A stretch of DNA of 64,000 nucleotides from an uncultured Muribaculaceae bacterium (GTDB lineage Bacteria > Bacteroidota > Bacteroidia > Bacteroidales > Muribaculaceae), in the NCBI GenBank assembly GCA_947175145.1, contig CAMWLY010000001.1, positions 6,678-70,677 of the forward strand. The letters run 5' to 3'. The translations under genes were made by a program, and so were the position numbers. Each line of letters opens with the position of its first letter. Position 1 is the stretch's first letter. Below the pieces are notes generated by a model. It was not told the DNA's origin, made no database searches, and saw only the letters and a list, made by a program, of their open reading frames with translations. This document shows positions 16,894 to 27,534 of the stretch, in pieces.

Positions 16894-18711
16894 ATGGCCA
16901 ATAGATTGGTAGAGATAATCAGAAAGCAAGCCGACAGGCTTGGGGAGCGGGAGGCATATCGCTTCTGCTGGCGAAAAGATGGAGAATGGCTGTCTACAAG
17001 CTGGAAGGAATTTAATCTGCAGGTGGAGGTCGCGGCCAAAGCACTCGCCGCTCTCGGATTGCTTGAAAAAGATACCATAGCCATCTGCTCACCCAATACT
17101 CCGCAGATACTCATTACCGAATTTGGTGCATTCCGGAATCGTATCACCTGCATACCGCTCTATTCAAGCACCGTGCAGGCGCAATTCAATTTTATAGTAA
17201 GCAATGGTGAACCCAAGGTGCTGTTTGTAGGTGACAAGCATCAGTATCCGATGGCCTATAATTATTGGAAATCTAACAGGGAGCAGATTAAGAAGATAGT
17301 AGTTTACAAAAACGATGGTCTTCAGCTTTACGATGATGACACAGCCACAATCTTCTGGGATGATTTCATAAGGCTTGGCATGAAGGCATCGCCGCAGCTT
17401 GCAGCAGAGGTTGAGGCGCGCGCTGAGCGCGGAGTTCCCGAAGATATGGCTACCTTGATTTACACCTCGGGAACGACAGGAGAATCCAAGGGAGTAGCCA
17501 TCACACATGCTAATTATGATGCCACAATCGAGAAGCATCTGCGGGTCCTGCATTCCATCAGAGATGCCGATACATCGATGGCTTTTCTGCCGATGTCGCA
17601 CATTCTTGAGAAAGCATGGTGTTATTTTTGTGTGTCTCGCGGCATATCTATAGCTGTCAACTATGACCCTCGTGTTATATCCGACACTATTCATATAGTT
17701 CACCCGAACCTGATGTGTTGCGTGCCCCGGTTCTGGGAGAAGGTTTACGCCGGTATCCGGGAGAAGCTCGAGGAGATGTCGCGCCTGCAGCGTCTTATGG
17801 TAGCGCGTGCACTCCGCACCGGCAAAGCCCGAAATCTAAAATATCTTCGCACCGGGCGCAATGTGCCCTGGCTCGTGGAGCAGGAATACCGCTTCTGGAA
17901 CAAGCGCCTCTTCTCGAAGCTCAAGCATGCCATAGGAATACCTGACCCCAATTTTTTCCCCACAGCGGGAGCTCCGCTATCTCCGAGAATTGTGGAATTC
18001 TTCAAGTCGATGGGGATAGATATCATAATAGGTTATGGTCTGTCGGAAACTACGGCCACGGTGACCTGCTTCCCCGAAACCGGTTATCAAATCGGTACCG
18101 TAGGGAAACCGCTGCCCGGAATAGAGGTGAAAATTGACCCGGAAAACAATGAGATTCTGGTAAAAGCCGCAACCGTGACTCCCGGATATTTTAAAAATCC
18201 TGATGCCAATGCCGCGGCATTTACAGATGATGGTTTCTTCCGCACTGGCGATGCCGGCTATATCAATGAAGACGGCAGTCTTGTGCTAACCGAGAGGGTC
18301 AAGGATCTATTCAAAACCTCCAATGGCAAATATATCGCCCCGCAACTCATGGAGAGTCGCCTTGCGGAGATAAAGTATATCGATGAGGTAGCGGTAATCG
18401 GCGATGAAAGAAAATATGTGACCGCACTGGTAGTCCCCAATCTCTCGCAGCTCAGGGCCTGGGCCGAATCCAAGCAAATCAGCACCGAAGATACAGAGGC
18501 TCTAATGGAAAACCCACAAGTGATAGAATTTATCATGAGCCTTATAAACAAGAGCCAGAAAGATCTGGCCGAATATGAGAAGATAAAGCGCATTACTCTC
18601 TTGCCACACCATTTCTCTATCATGAATGGAGAAGTGACCAATACCATGAAAGTGCGCCGCAGCATTGTGGCAAGAAACTATGCCGACAAAATAGAAAAAA
18701 TGTATAGTTGA
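16894..18711 (+). CDS. AMP-dependent acyl-CoA ligase (long-chain fatty-acid-CoA ligase-like)
   Basis: 605 aa. AMP-binding motif IYTSGTTGESKGV, GYGLSETT, TGDAGYINEDGSLVLTERVKDLFK. Confidence 0.85.
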   Translation: MANRLVEIIRKQADRLGEREAYRFCWRKDGEWLSTSWKEFNLQVEVAAKALAALGLLEKDTIAICSPNTPQILITEFGAFRNRITCIPLYSSTVQAQFNFIVSNGEPKVLFVGDKHQYPMAYNYWKSNREQIKKIVVYKNDGLQLYDDDTATIFWDDFIRLGMKASPQLAAEVEARAERGVPEDMATLIYTSGTTGESKGVAITHANYDATIEKHLRVLHSIRDADTSMAFLPMSHILEKAWCYFCVSRGISIAVNYDPRVISDTIHIVHPNLMCCVPRFWEKVYAGIREKLEEMSRLQRLMVARALRTGKARNLKYLRTGRNVPWLVEQEYRFWNKRLFSKLKHAIGIPDPNFFPTAGAPLSPRIVEFFKSMGIDIIIGYGLSETTATVTCFPETGYQIGTVGKPLPGIEVKIDPENNEILVKAATVTPGYFKNPDANAAAFTDDGFFRTGDAGYINEDGSLVLTERVKDLFKTSNGKYIAPQLMESRLAEIKYIDEVAVIGDERKYVTALVVPNLSQLRAWAESKQISTEDTEALMENPQVIEFIMSLINKSQKDLAEYEKIKRITLLPHHFSIMNGEVTNTMKVRRSIVARNYADKIEKMYS

Positions 18712-18712
18712 G

Positions 18713-19834
18713 ATGATAACCACCGAGCAATACAAACATATAGAGGAGCGCGTGGCGGATCTTAAGCGTTACCTTGATATAGATTCCAAGAAAATAGAAG
18801 TAGAGGAGGAGGAACTCCGCACTCATGTGGCGGATTTCTGGGATGATCGCGAAAAAGCGGAAGCTCAGATGCGCAAAATCAAGGGTATTCATTTCTGGAT
18901 CGATGCTTATACTGCCGTAGAAAAACAGCTTGAGGAGCTGACCCTCGGATTCGATTTTATCAAGGAGGGTCTTGTGACCGAAGAGGAGGTCGAAGAGCAG
19001 TATCAGAATCTGGTCAAAGATGTAGAGGATCTGGAATTGCGCAACATGCTTCGCCGCGAGGAGGATAAACTCGGGGTAGTATTGAAAATCAATTCCGGAG
19101 CCGGCGGCACCGAGTCGCAGGACTGGGCCCAGATGCTTATGCGCCTCTATCTGCGATATGCAGAAAAGCATGGATACAAGACCTCAATCGCGCAATTGCT
19201 CGAAGGTGATGAAGCCGGTATCAAATCGGTGACAATCAATATCGAGGGCGATTATGCCTACGGCTTCCTGAAGTCGGAAAACGGTGTGCATCGCTTGGTG
19301 CGCGTATCTCCATATAATGCCCAGGGAAAGCGCATGACCTCATTTGCATCTGTATTCGTGACACCGCTGGTCGATGACACGATAGATATTCAGGTAGAGA
19401 CAGCCAGAGTATCATGGGACACATTCCGCTCCGGTGGCGCCGGTGGTCAGAATGTCAATAAGGTCGAGTCCGGTGTTCGTCTGAGATACCAGTTCAAAGA
19501 CCCCTATACCGGTGAAGAGGAGGAAATTCTCATCGAAAACACCGAGACCCGCGACCAACCCAAGAATAAGGAGAATGCCATGCGACAGCTCAAATCAATA
19601 CTTTATGAGAAGGAGCTGCGCCATCGCATGGAGGAACAAGCCAAGGTAGAAGCCGGCAAGAAGAAAATCGAGTGGGGAAGTCAGATACGAAGCTATGTCT
19701 TTGATGACAGACGGGTCAAAGACCACCGCACCAATTATCAGACCTCTGATGTCAATGCGGTGATGGATGGCGAAATAGATGATTTCATCAAGGCCTACCT
19801 GATGGAATTTGCCGGCGAAGAGCCAAAATCCTGA
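18713..19834 (+). CDS. prfB: Peptide chain release factor 2 (single frame, no programmed frameshift)
   Basis: 373 aa. SPYNAQGKRMTSF (SPF-type tripeptide region), GGQ in SGGAGGQNVNKVESGVRL. N-terminus LKRYLDIDSKK aligns with the E. coli frameshift region but is in frame here. Confidence 0.95.
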   Translation: MITTEQYKHIEERVADLKRYLDIDSKKIEVEEEELRTHVADFWDDREKAEAQMRKIKGIHFWIDAYTAVEKQLEELTLGFDFIKEGLVTEEEVEEQYQNLVKDVEDLELRNMLRREEDKLGVVLKINSGAGGTESQDWAQMLMRLYLRYAEKHGYKTSIAQLLEGDEAGIKSVTINIEGDYAYGFLKSENGVHRLVRVSPYNAQGKRMTSFASVFVTPLVDDTIDIQVETARVSWDTFRSGGAGGQNVNKVESGVRLRYQFKDPYTGEEEEILIENTETRDQPKNKENAMRQLKSILYEKELRHRMEEQAKVEAGKKKIEWGSQIRSYVFDDRRVKDHRTNYQTSDVNAVMDGEIDDFIKAYLMEFAGEEPKS

Positions 19835-19891
19835 CTCAGATGAGCTGCGGAGTGCAGCGTTTGTAATAGACCCGATAAAAAGGAGAATGCC

Positions 19892-20863
19892 ATGAATACA
19901 CCTGTCAAGATTAATTTGCGAGATGCAGAGACTGTGAGTAAGCTTAACGATGCCGTGGCAAGCGGCACCGCAGCGCAGTTAATACATGAAGCCGAGCAGA
20001 ACCAGGATAATAAACTCGATGAGATTGCCGGCGAGATAATCCGGCGCAACAAGCTCGGAGGAGCATCGGTGGTCATGATAGCCGGGCCGTCATCATCGGG
20101 TAAGACAACCACATCCAAGCGACTCGGCGAGCATCTTAAGGCAGGCGGCCTGACCCCCAAACTAATATCACTCGATGATTACTTTGTGAATCGTGCGGAT
20201 ACTCCGCGCGATGAAAAGGGGGAATATGATTATGAGTCGATTCATGCGCTTGATGTTCCCCAATTCAAGCGCGATATGCAGACACTCCTGTCGGGTGGCG
20301 AAATAAATCTGCCGACTTATTCCTTTGAGCTTGGAGAGCGGATAGAGCGCGAGCGTCCGCTATCGCTAAAAACCGGAGAAGTGCTTGTGGTCGAGGGAAT
20401 CCATGGTCTGAATCCGGAACTTACCTCAGGCCTCGATCCGGCGAGTATCTTCAGATTATATGTATCGGCGCTCACACGGCAGGCGCTCCCCGATGGGGGA
20501 TTGCTCTCGACTTCGGACCAGCGTCTGCTCCGTCGGCTTGTGCGCGATAATAAGTATCGCCACACAGCGCCTGAATCCACACTGAAACGTTGGGACTCGG
20601 TGCGTCGGGGCGAAGAGAAATGGATTTTCCCGTTTCAGGGTAATAATGATGCGGCCTTCGATACTTCGCTCCCTTTCGAACCGGGTGTGATCAAGGGTTA
20701 TGCAAGCCCGCTGCTCGAGGGTGTATCTCCCGGGGATTCAGGTTATGATACAGCCCGCAGACTTCTCAAACTGCTGGAACCATTCGCCTCTCTCGGTGCA
20801 GAGGCAGTACCCTCCGACTCACTGCTCAGGGAGTTTGTGGGCGGCAGCTCTTTTCATTACTAA
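19892..20863 (+). CDS. Uridine-kinase/phosphoribulokinase-family P-loop nucleoside kinase-like protein
   Basis: 323 aa. Walker A IAGPSSSGKTTTSKRL, LISLDDYF, VVEGIHGLNP. Confidence 0.7.
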   Translation: MNTPVKINLRDAETVSKLNDAVASGTAAQLIHEAEQNQDNKLDEIAGEIIRRNKLGGASVVMIAGPSSSGKTTTSKRLGEHLKAGGLTPKLISLDDYFVNRADTPRDEKGEYDYESIHALDVPQFKRDMQTLLSGGEINLPTYSFELGERIERERPLSLKTGEVLVVEGIHGLNPELTSGLDPASIFRLYVSALTRQALPDGGLLSTSDQRLLRRLVRDNKYRHTAPESTLKRWDSVRRGEEKWIFPFQGNNDAAFDTSLPFEPGVIKGYASPLLEGVSPGDSGYDTARRLLKLLEPFASLGAEAVPSDSLLREFVGGSSFHY

Positions 20864-20906
20864 GAATTATCAGACTAACCGGCATCAGCCGTAGATATTA
20901 ATCCAA

Positions 20907-22265
20907 GTGAAAGAGGATTTCGATAAAGACAGAATAGAGGAATTGGTGGAGCGTGAGGATCGCAACGAACTTCTGCCACTGATGGACGATATGCACCCGG
21001 CCGATATCGCCGAACTTTTCCAGGACCTGAATCTCAAGGAAGCGGAGTGGCTTTTCAATCTCATTCCCGATAAGGAGAAAAAGGCAGATGTGCTGATGGA
21101 ACTCGATGAGGAGGATCGCAAGAAGCTCCTCGAGGGTATGGATCCCGAGCAAATCGGTCATTTCATAGACCTTCTCGATACCGACGATGCAGTAGACCTT
21201 ATTCAGGAACTTGATGAGAAGGATCGTGAAGAGGTAATCCAGAATATCGGCGATGTGGAGCAGGCCGGAGATATTGTGGACCTGCTGCAATATGATGAGG
21301 ACACAGCCGGCGGCCTTATGGGTACCGAGTATATAGCGGTCAATGAGAATCTTTCCATGCCTGACTGCCTGCGCGAAATGCGTCATCAGGCCGAGGAACT
21401 CGATGATATATACTATGTCTATGTGATTGATGATGATAACCGACTAAAGGGAGTGCTTCCGCTCAAGAAGATGATTACCCACCCGTCGGTGTCAAAAATC
21501 AAGCATGTGATGGAGACTGACCCGGTATCGGTCAAGGCAGACATGCCTCTCGATGAAGTGGCAATCGACTTCGAAAAATATGACCTTGTGGCTATGCCGG
21601 TCATAGACTCGATAGGCAGGCTTGTGGGTCAGATCACAGTCGATGACGTGATGGACCAGGTGCGTGAGCAGTCAGAACGCGATTATCAGTTGGCATCAGG
21701 TATTTCCTCTGATATCGATGCCGATGACTCGGTAATCTCGCAGACCAAAGCGCGACTTCCGTGGTTGCTGATAGGTATTGTGGGCGGACTGGTCAACTCG
21801 CTGATTCTCGGAGGTTTTGAAGCTCAGTTGGCAGCCGTGACAGCACTTGCTTTCTTTATCCCGCTGATAGGCGGTACCGGAGGAAATGTCGGTGTGCAGG
21901 CTTCGGCTATTGTGGTTCAGGGTCTGGCCAATGGTAAACTTGAACTATCCGATTTCATAGGTCAGCTATGGCGAAGCGTAAGGATCTCGCTCCTCAACGC
22001 CATAGTTATAGCCGGACTTGTGTTCATATATATTTATTTTACTCAACCCGGTGACTATGCGCTCTTGATGGCTGTGACGGTATCGCTCTTCTGCGTGGTG
22101 ATTTTCGCAACAGTGTTCGGCACCCTGGTGCCCCTGACACTTGAGAAACTGAAGATTAACCCGGCACTTGCTACCGGCCCTTTCATACAGATTACCAATG
22201 ATGTAGTGGGCTTGCTTATCTATGTAGGCATGTCTATGTGGATGCTTCGTATATTTCCGCACTAA
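20907..22265 (+). CDS. mgtE: Magnesium transporter MgtE
   Basis: 452 aa, GTG start. N-terminal MgtE_N acidic helices, two CBS modules, C-terminal 5-TM domain with PLIGGTGGNVGVQAS. Confidence 0.95.
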   Translation: MKEDFDKDRIEELVEREDRNELLPLMDDMHPADIAELFQDLNLKEAEWLFNLIPDKEKKADVLMELDEEDRKKLLEGMDPEQIGHFIDLLDTDDAVDLIQELDEKDREEVIQNIGDVEQAGDIVDLLQYDEDTAGGLMGTEYIAVNENLSMPDCLREMRHQAEELDDIYYVYVIDDDNRLKGVLPLKKMITHPSVSKIKHVMETDPVSVKADMPLDEVAIDFEKYDLVAMPVIDSIGRLVGQITVDDVMDQVREQSERDYQLASGISSDIDADDSVISQTKARLPWLLIGIVGGLVNSLILGGFEAQLAAVTALAFFIPLIGGTGGNVGVQASAIVVQGLANGKLELSDFIGQLWRSVRISLLNAIVIAGLVFIYIYFTQPGDYALLMAVTVSLFCVVIFATVFGTLVPLTLEKLKINPALATGPFIQITNDVVGLLIYVGMSMWMLRIFPH

Positions 22266-22293
22266 AACTGTTAATTTCTATTTAACCGAATTT

Positions 22294-24945
22294 ATGGCTG
22301 AGACACCACTGATGGCGCAATATGCCGCGATGAAGCGCAAGCATCCCGATGCGGTGCTACTCTTTCGTGTGGGTGATTTTTATGAAACATTTGCCGAAGA
22401 TGCGATAACAGCGTCGGAAATATTGGGTATCACACTGACCCGACGTGGCAACGGCTCATCATCATCGGTGGAGTTGGCCGGATTCCCGCATCATGCCCTC
22501 GACACTTATCTGCCGCGGCTCGTGCGCGCCGGCAAGCGTGTGGCTATCTGCGAGCAACTTGAGGATCCGAAGCTTACCAAGAAACTTGTGAAGCGGGGCA
22601 TCACCGAACTTGTGACTCCCGGCGTGAATCTCAACGATGCCTCCCTCAATGCCAAAGAAAATAATTTTCTGGCTGCAATCCATGTCAACAAGACCTCGGT
22701 AGGTGTAGCCTTTCTCGACATCTCTACCGGTGAATTTCTCTGCACCCAGGGCAGTGTCAGAGATATTGACAAACTAATTTCCAATATCAGGCCCAAAGAG
22801 ATGTTGCGAATGTCAGGTCTTCGGCAATGGACTGATGATAACATCAGCCATCGGTGCGCCATGTTTGACCTCGATGACTGGATATTTACCTCAGATTCTG
22901 CCGAGAACCGATTGAACACTCAGTTTGGAACTTCGGGCCTCAAGGGCTTCGGAGTCGAGCAGATGCGCGATGCCGTGATAGCTGCCGGAGCCATTTTGCA
23001 TTATCTTGACATAACCCGGCATCATGATTTGCGTCATATCACATCATTATCGCGCATAGACTCATCGCGCTTTCTGGCTATGGACAGGTTCACCGTGCGC
23101 AATCTTGAGCTGATAGATGCGCTGTCGCCCGATGGACTGTCACTATATGATGTGCTTAACCGCACATGTACCCCTATGGGTGCGCGCAGATTGCGCAATT
23201 GGTTGCTGTTTCCCCTGCTTGATATAGATGAGATTCGCAAGCGTCAGGATAGCGTGGAGGCTCTGCTCAATGACACAGACCTGCGCTGTCGCGTGGGCGA
23301 GGTTCTGAGCCGCGTGGGCGATTTGCAAAGGCTGGTGTCTAAAGCCGGTGCGCGCAGATTGTCACCGCGAGACTGCGCCACACTTCGCAAATCTCTTGAA
23401 GCGGCCTCACACCTCAGCGGCATACTGCTCGAATCAGGTAAAGAGCCTCTTATGGCCATAGCACGCACCATGCCATCATGCAGCGCGGTAATCGCGGCTA
23501 TCGGAGCAACCATAAGGGAGGATGCTCCCGCTGTGCTCGGGCGTGGTGCCACTATCGCTCCCGGTGCCGATGCCGAACTCGATGAACTGCGCTCGCTTCG
23601 CGACAATACACGTCAGGCCATAGAGGATATTCAAAACCGGGAGGCTGAAATCACAGGAATTTCCTCGCTTAAGATAGGATATAACAATGTGTTCGGGTAT
23701 TACATTGAGGTGCGCAATACTCATCGCGAGAAAGTGCCAGACACTTGGATTCGCAAACAGACACTCACAAGTGCAGAGCGATATATAACTCAGGAACTCA
23801 AAGAATTAGAGCAAAAAATACTGAGTGCAGGTGAAAGGATTGACCAGCTGGAGCGACAAATATTCGAGAGGTTGCTCGACGGGTTGGGTCGCCTGATACC
23901 CGATATGCAGGCCAATGCGGCGGCCTGCGAACACACGGATTGCATCTACTCGATGGCTGAAGCAGCAGATAAGTATGGTTATGTGCGACCCGAGGTCAAC
24001 GACAGTATGGAGCTTGAGATTACCGAGGGGCGTCACCCGGTAATTGAGCGCCGCCTTCCGCCGGAACAGCCATATATAGCCAATTCTGTTACATTGGATT
24101 GCGACAAGACCCAGATTATGATGATAACCGGTCCGAATATGGCCGGTAAGTCGGCTCTGCTGCGACAGACCGCGCTGATTGTGATAATGGCGCAGACCGG
24201 TTCGTTTGTGCCGGCAGAGGCCGCACGCATAGGTATGGTCGACAAGGTATTCACCCGTGTCGGTGCTTCTGACAATATATCTTCAGGAGAATCCACATTT
24301 ATGCTCGAGATGAATGAAGCGGCGGCCATTCTCAACAATATGAGTCCCCGTTCGCTAATTCTGTTTGATGAGTTGGGGCGCGGCACTTCGACCTACGACG
24401 GCATCTCCATAGCCTGGGCCATCGTGGAGCATATTCACGAGAACCCTCTGGCTCACCCCAAAACTCTTTTTGCCACCCATTATCATGAGCTTAATGAGAT
24501 GGAGGCCACCTTTGCGAGAATCCGCAATTTCAATGTTTCGGTCAAAGAGATTGCCGGCAAAGTAGTGTTTATGCGCAAACTCGAACCCGGCGGATCAGCT
24601 CATAGTTTCGGTATTCATGTGGCGCGCTTGGCCGGAATGCCGCCATCTATAGTGCGGCGTGCCGAGCAGGTCCTCACCCAATTGGAGAAAGGTGACAATC
24701 AGAGTGACAATACAAAATCAGGTGCCGGCAAGAAAAAATCCGGAGGCCCCAAGGCTGTCAAGCCCACTATGGAGGGTGTGGCCGGTTCGCGCGAGGGTTG
24801 TCAGCTATCATTCTTCCAGCTCGATGACCCATTGCTGTCACAGATTCGTGACCGTTTGCTTGACCTCAATATTGATAACCTCACCCCGCTACAGTCGCTG
24901 ACAATACTCCATGACCTTCAGGGACTGCTTACCGGAAAAATTTGA
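22294..24945 (+). CDS. mutS: DNA mismatch repair protein MutS
   Basis: 883 aa. TPLMAQYAAMKRKHPDAVLLFRVGDFYETF, Walker A GPNMAGKS, DELGRGTSTYDG, THYHEL. Confidence 0.97.
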   Translation: MAETPLMAQYAAMKRKHPDAVLLFRVGDFYETFAEDAITASEILGITLTRRGNGSSSSVELAGFPHHALDTYLPRLVRAGKRVAICEQLEDPKLTKKLVKRGITELVTPGVNLNDASLNAKENNFLAAIHVNKTSVGVAFLDISTGEFLCTQGSVRDIDKLISNIRPKEMLRMSGLRQWTDDNISHRCAMFDLDDWIFTSDSAENRLNTQFGTSGLKGFGVEQMRDAVIAAGAILHYLDITRHHDLRHITSLSRIDSSRFLAMDRFTVRNLELIDALSPDGLSLYDVLNRTCTPMGARRLRNWLLFPLLDIDEIRKRQDSVEALLNDTDLRCRVGEVLSRVGDLQRLVSKAGARRLSPRDCATLRKSLEAASHLSGILLESGKEPLMAIARTMPSCSAVIAAIGATIREDAPAVLGRGATIAPGADAELDELRSLRDNTRQAIEDIQNREAEITGISSLKIGYNNVFGYYIEVRNTHREKVPDTWIRKQTLTSAERYITQELKELEQKILSAGERIDQLERQIFERLLDGLGRLIPDMQANAAACEHTDCIYSMAEAADKYGYVRPEVNDSMELEITEGRHPVIERRLPPEQPYIANSVTLDCDKTQIMMITGPNMAGKSALLRQTALIVIMAQTGSFVPAEAARIGMVDKVFTRVGASDNISSGESTFMLEMNEAAAILNNMSPRSLILFDELGRGTSTYDGISIAWAIVEHIHENPLAHPKTLFATHYHELNEMEATFARIRNFNVSVKEIAGKVVFMRKLEPGGSAHSFGIHVARLAGMPPSIVRRAEQVLTQLEKGDNQSDNTKSGAGKKKSGGPKAVKPTMEGVAGSREGCQLSFFQLDDPLLSQIRDRLLDLNIDNLTPLQSLTILHDLQGLLTGKI

Positions 24946-24949
24946 TATT

Positions 24950-25726
24950 ATGCAGACCATACTGTTTCACAGCACTATATTCGGCCCTATACACTCCCGC
25001 AGATTGGGAGTTTCGCTCGGAGTGAATCTAATGCCGGCCGATGGCAAGATATGTTCATTCGATTGTCTTTATTGCGAAGCCGGGTTCAACGCTCAGGGCG
25101 CAGGTAAGAAGGGTTTGCCCGGCCGCAGCGAAACCGCCGCTCAACTTGAGGCGAAACTCGCTGATATGAAGAGCAAGGGTGAGACGCTCGATGTCATTAC
25201 CTTCTCCGGAAATGGTGAACCGACTTTGCACCCCGATTTCGAGGGAGTGGTCGATGATACCATTCGCCTCCGCGACAAATATTTTCCTGATGCCAAGATT
25301 TCGGTACTCACTAATTCCACACGTATCGGCGATGAGAGTGTGGTGCGCGCATTGCGGCGGGTAGACAATAATATACTCAAGCTCGATTCGGCTATTGAGG
25401 AAACCATGAAGATTATAGACCGTCCGAATGACCCCGGATTCACAGCGGCAGGTGTGATTCAGCAGCTTAAGAAATTCGAGGGCACAGGCATTATACAGAC
25501 CATGTTTCTGCGCGGCACACATGATGGGGTGAATATTGACAATACCACCGATGCCGAGGTGGAGGCACTTATTGAAGCTTATAAAGAGATTAAGCCGAAA
25601 GAGGTGATGATTTACAGCCTTGACCGTCCCACACCGGAGCGCAATCTGCGCAAAGTGGAGCGCGAGGAACTGGAAAGAATCGCAACCCGAATCCGTGAAG
25701 CCGGAATAGAGGTTCAGCCATTCTGA
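24950..25726 (+). CDS. Radical SAM domain protein
   Basis: CSFDCLYCEAG (CxxxCxxC). I prefer the ATG at 24950 just after the mutS stop; the longer 24911 start would overlap mutS. Confidence 0.8.
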   Translation: MQTILFHSTIFGPIHSRRLGVSLGVNLMPADGKICSFDCLYCEAGFNAQGAGKKGLPGRSETAAQLEAKLADMKSKGETLDVITFSGNGEPTLHPDFEGVVDDTIRLRDKYFPDAKISVLTNSTRIGDESVVRALRRVDNNILKLDSAIEETMKIIDRPNDPGFTAAGVIQQLKKFEGTGIIQTMFLRGTHDGVNIDNTTDAEVEALIEAYKEIKPKEVMIYSLDRPTPERNLRKVEREELERIATRIREAGIEVQPF

Positions 25727-25758
25727 GAGGTCTCAATTCAGGTTTATAAGGTAATTTT

Positions 25759-26679
25759 ATGATGAAGCAGATGCGGATACCGCCGGTGCTGAAACCGGGA
25801 GATAAGATAGCTATAATTTCTCCGGCATCGGTGGTCAGGCAGGAATATGTGGATGGAGCTGCCGAATTTTTGAAATCACGTGGATTTGAACCTGTTGTCA
25901 TGCCTCATGCCAACGGCCCGGCTCATGGTTCATATGCAGCTTTTCATGCCGACAGACTTGCCGATTTGACAGCTGCTTACAGTGATCCGCAGATACGGGC
26001 CGTGTTGTGTGCCCGCGGCGGTTACGGCTGCAATCATCTGCTACCCTTGATTCCGGAGGGTTTGATGAAATCCGATCCGAAGTGGCTTATCGGATTTTCC
26101 GACATTTCCGCTCTTCATGCCTACTCTCAGTCAGAGGGGGTTGTGTCGCTTCACTCCCCGATGGCAAAACATCTCACCGAGCATGGTGCCGGAGATTATT
26201 CCACCGAATCTCTGATGAAAATTCTCACCTCGGGTCTACCCGTGGAATATGAGTCGGAGACACACCCGCTGAGCCGGACAGGGGAATGCGAAGGTATAAT
26301 TCGGGGCGGTAATCTTGCAGTCTGCAATGGTCTTGCCACCACACCTTTCGACCCTCTTTGTCATGAGAATTGCATACTGCTGATTGAAGATGTCTCGGAG
26401 CAGATATATGCCGTGGAGCGCATGTTGATACGCCTTCGCATGGCGGGGGTGTTCGATAACTTGCGCGGACTGGTGGTCGGTCAGTTTACCGAGTATCGCG
26501 CACCCGACAGGAATCATGCCGACATGGAGCATATGATAGCCGAGGTTGTGGCGGATTATTCTTTCCCGGTGGCTATGGGTTTCCCGGTCGGACATGTAGA
26601 GAGGAATTTACCGATACCATTGGGTGCAAACACCCGATTGGAAGTGGGAAAAGAAAACACCCGAATTATTTTCGGGTGA
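25759..26679 (+). CDS. LD-carboxypeptidase (peptidase S66, LdcA-like)
   Basis: 306 aa. GDKIAIISPAS, nucleophile context GFSDISALH, C-terminal GFPVGH. Confidence 0.85.
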   Translation: MMKQMRIPPVLKPGDKIAIISPASVVRQEYVDGAAEFLKSRGFEPVVMPHANGPAHGSYAAFHADRLADLTAAYSDPQIRAVLCARGGYGCNHLLPLIPEGLMKSDPKWLIGFSDISALHAYSQSEGVVSLHSPMAKHLTEHGAGDYSTESLMKILTSGLPVEYESETHPLSRTGECEGIIRGGNLAVCNGLATTPFDPLCHENCILLIEDVSEQIYAVERMLIRLRMAGVFDNLRGLVVGQFTEYRAPDRNHADMEHMIAEVVADYSFPVAMGFPVGHVERNLPIPLGANTRLEVGKENTRIIFG

Positions 26680-27418
26680 TATGGTAGCGCTTACTCTGTT
26701 TGAGTTCATGAACAAACAGTCTTGGTAAAGACTGAATGATACTGCGGCAGCGGCGTATCTGTTTGCGCGGTTCCTGAGTTATTCTGAACAGAAATTCCAT
26801 ATGGTGATTTACCATCCAATCAGGCGCACGCTTCTCGGTGCCGTCGGCATAGAACTTAAATGCGGCGCCCACGGCAATCAGCACACCATGATTCAGATGC
26901 GGGCGAAGCCTGTGCATGAAATACTCCTGTTTTGGAGCACCGAGCGATATCCAGATGATGTCCGGCTTGTCAGCATTAATTTCCGAGGCTATCGAAGCAT
27001 AGTCAAACTGATCGGCTTCCAGAAATGGCAGTTCACGAAACATCATATCTTTGACGTCCGGATTCATTTCCATCAGATTTCTGCGCAAAGATTCTAAGAT
27101 CGCTTGATTGGCACCATAAAATGCCATGCGGTATTTTCCGCTTTTTACAATATCGCGAAATATCTGCGCCCCGCAATACTGATTGCGCTTCTCTCCATGA
27201 ATCAATCTGATATATACAGGCACAAAACTGCTGTCGCAAATCGAGAATAGTCCGGAGTTTACCACCTTCAGGTATTCAGGATTGCGATTGGCATTGTCGA
27301 GAATCACACCATCGGCCACACATATATAGTCGGCACCCTTCGATTGGAGTCGATTATCTATGGCTGAGTGGACAGAGTCGCGATGGAATTCGTATCTGAT
27401 ATTAAAATAGGTATCCAT
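26666..27418 (-). CDS. WecG/TagA/CpsF-family (GT26) glycosyltransferase
   Basis: 250 aa. Family-like segments ADGVILDNANR, RMAFYGANQAILESL, PDIIWISLGAPKQE. Confidence 0.8.
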   Translation of the reverse strand: MDTYFNIRYEFHRDSVHSAIDNRLQSKGADYICVADGVILDNANRNPEYLKVVNSGLFSICDSSFVPVYIRLIHGEKRNQYCGAQIFRDIVKSGKYRMAFYGANQAILESLRRNLMEMNPDVKDMMFRELPFLEADQFDYASIASEINADKPDIIWISLGAPKQEYFMHRLRPHLNHGVLIAVGAAFKFYADGTEKRAPDWMVNHHMEFLFRITQEPRKQIRRCRSIIQSLPRLFVHELKQSKRYHITRK

Positions 27419-27534
27419 AAAGTGACCGGCTGAAAAGAGGCGTAGTAATTATGGTCAACTATAATTAATTATCTTTTTACCCTAATCCAGTTTGATTTGC
27501 AAAATTAATCAAAAACTAAGAATCACAATTTACT

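Noticed and set aside
18713-18800. Looked for the programmed +1 frameshift typical of prfB (CTT TGA C after ~25 codons).
   Set aside because: The RF2 ORF is continuous from the ATG at 18713. The region aligned to the E. coli shift site reads CTT AAG CGT TAC CTT GAT in frame with no internal TGA, so this RF2 is not frameshift-regulated.
24950-25726. Radical SAM protein as a possible RiPP or other natural-product maturase.
   Set aside because: There is no adjacent precursor peptide, transporter or protease. It is flanked by mutS and an LD-carboxypeptidase, so it is more likely a housekeeping radical SAM enzyme.
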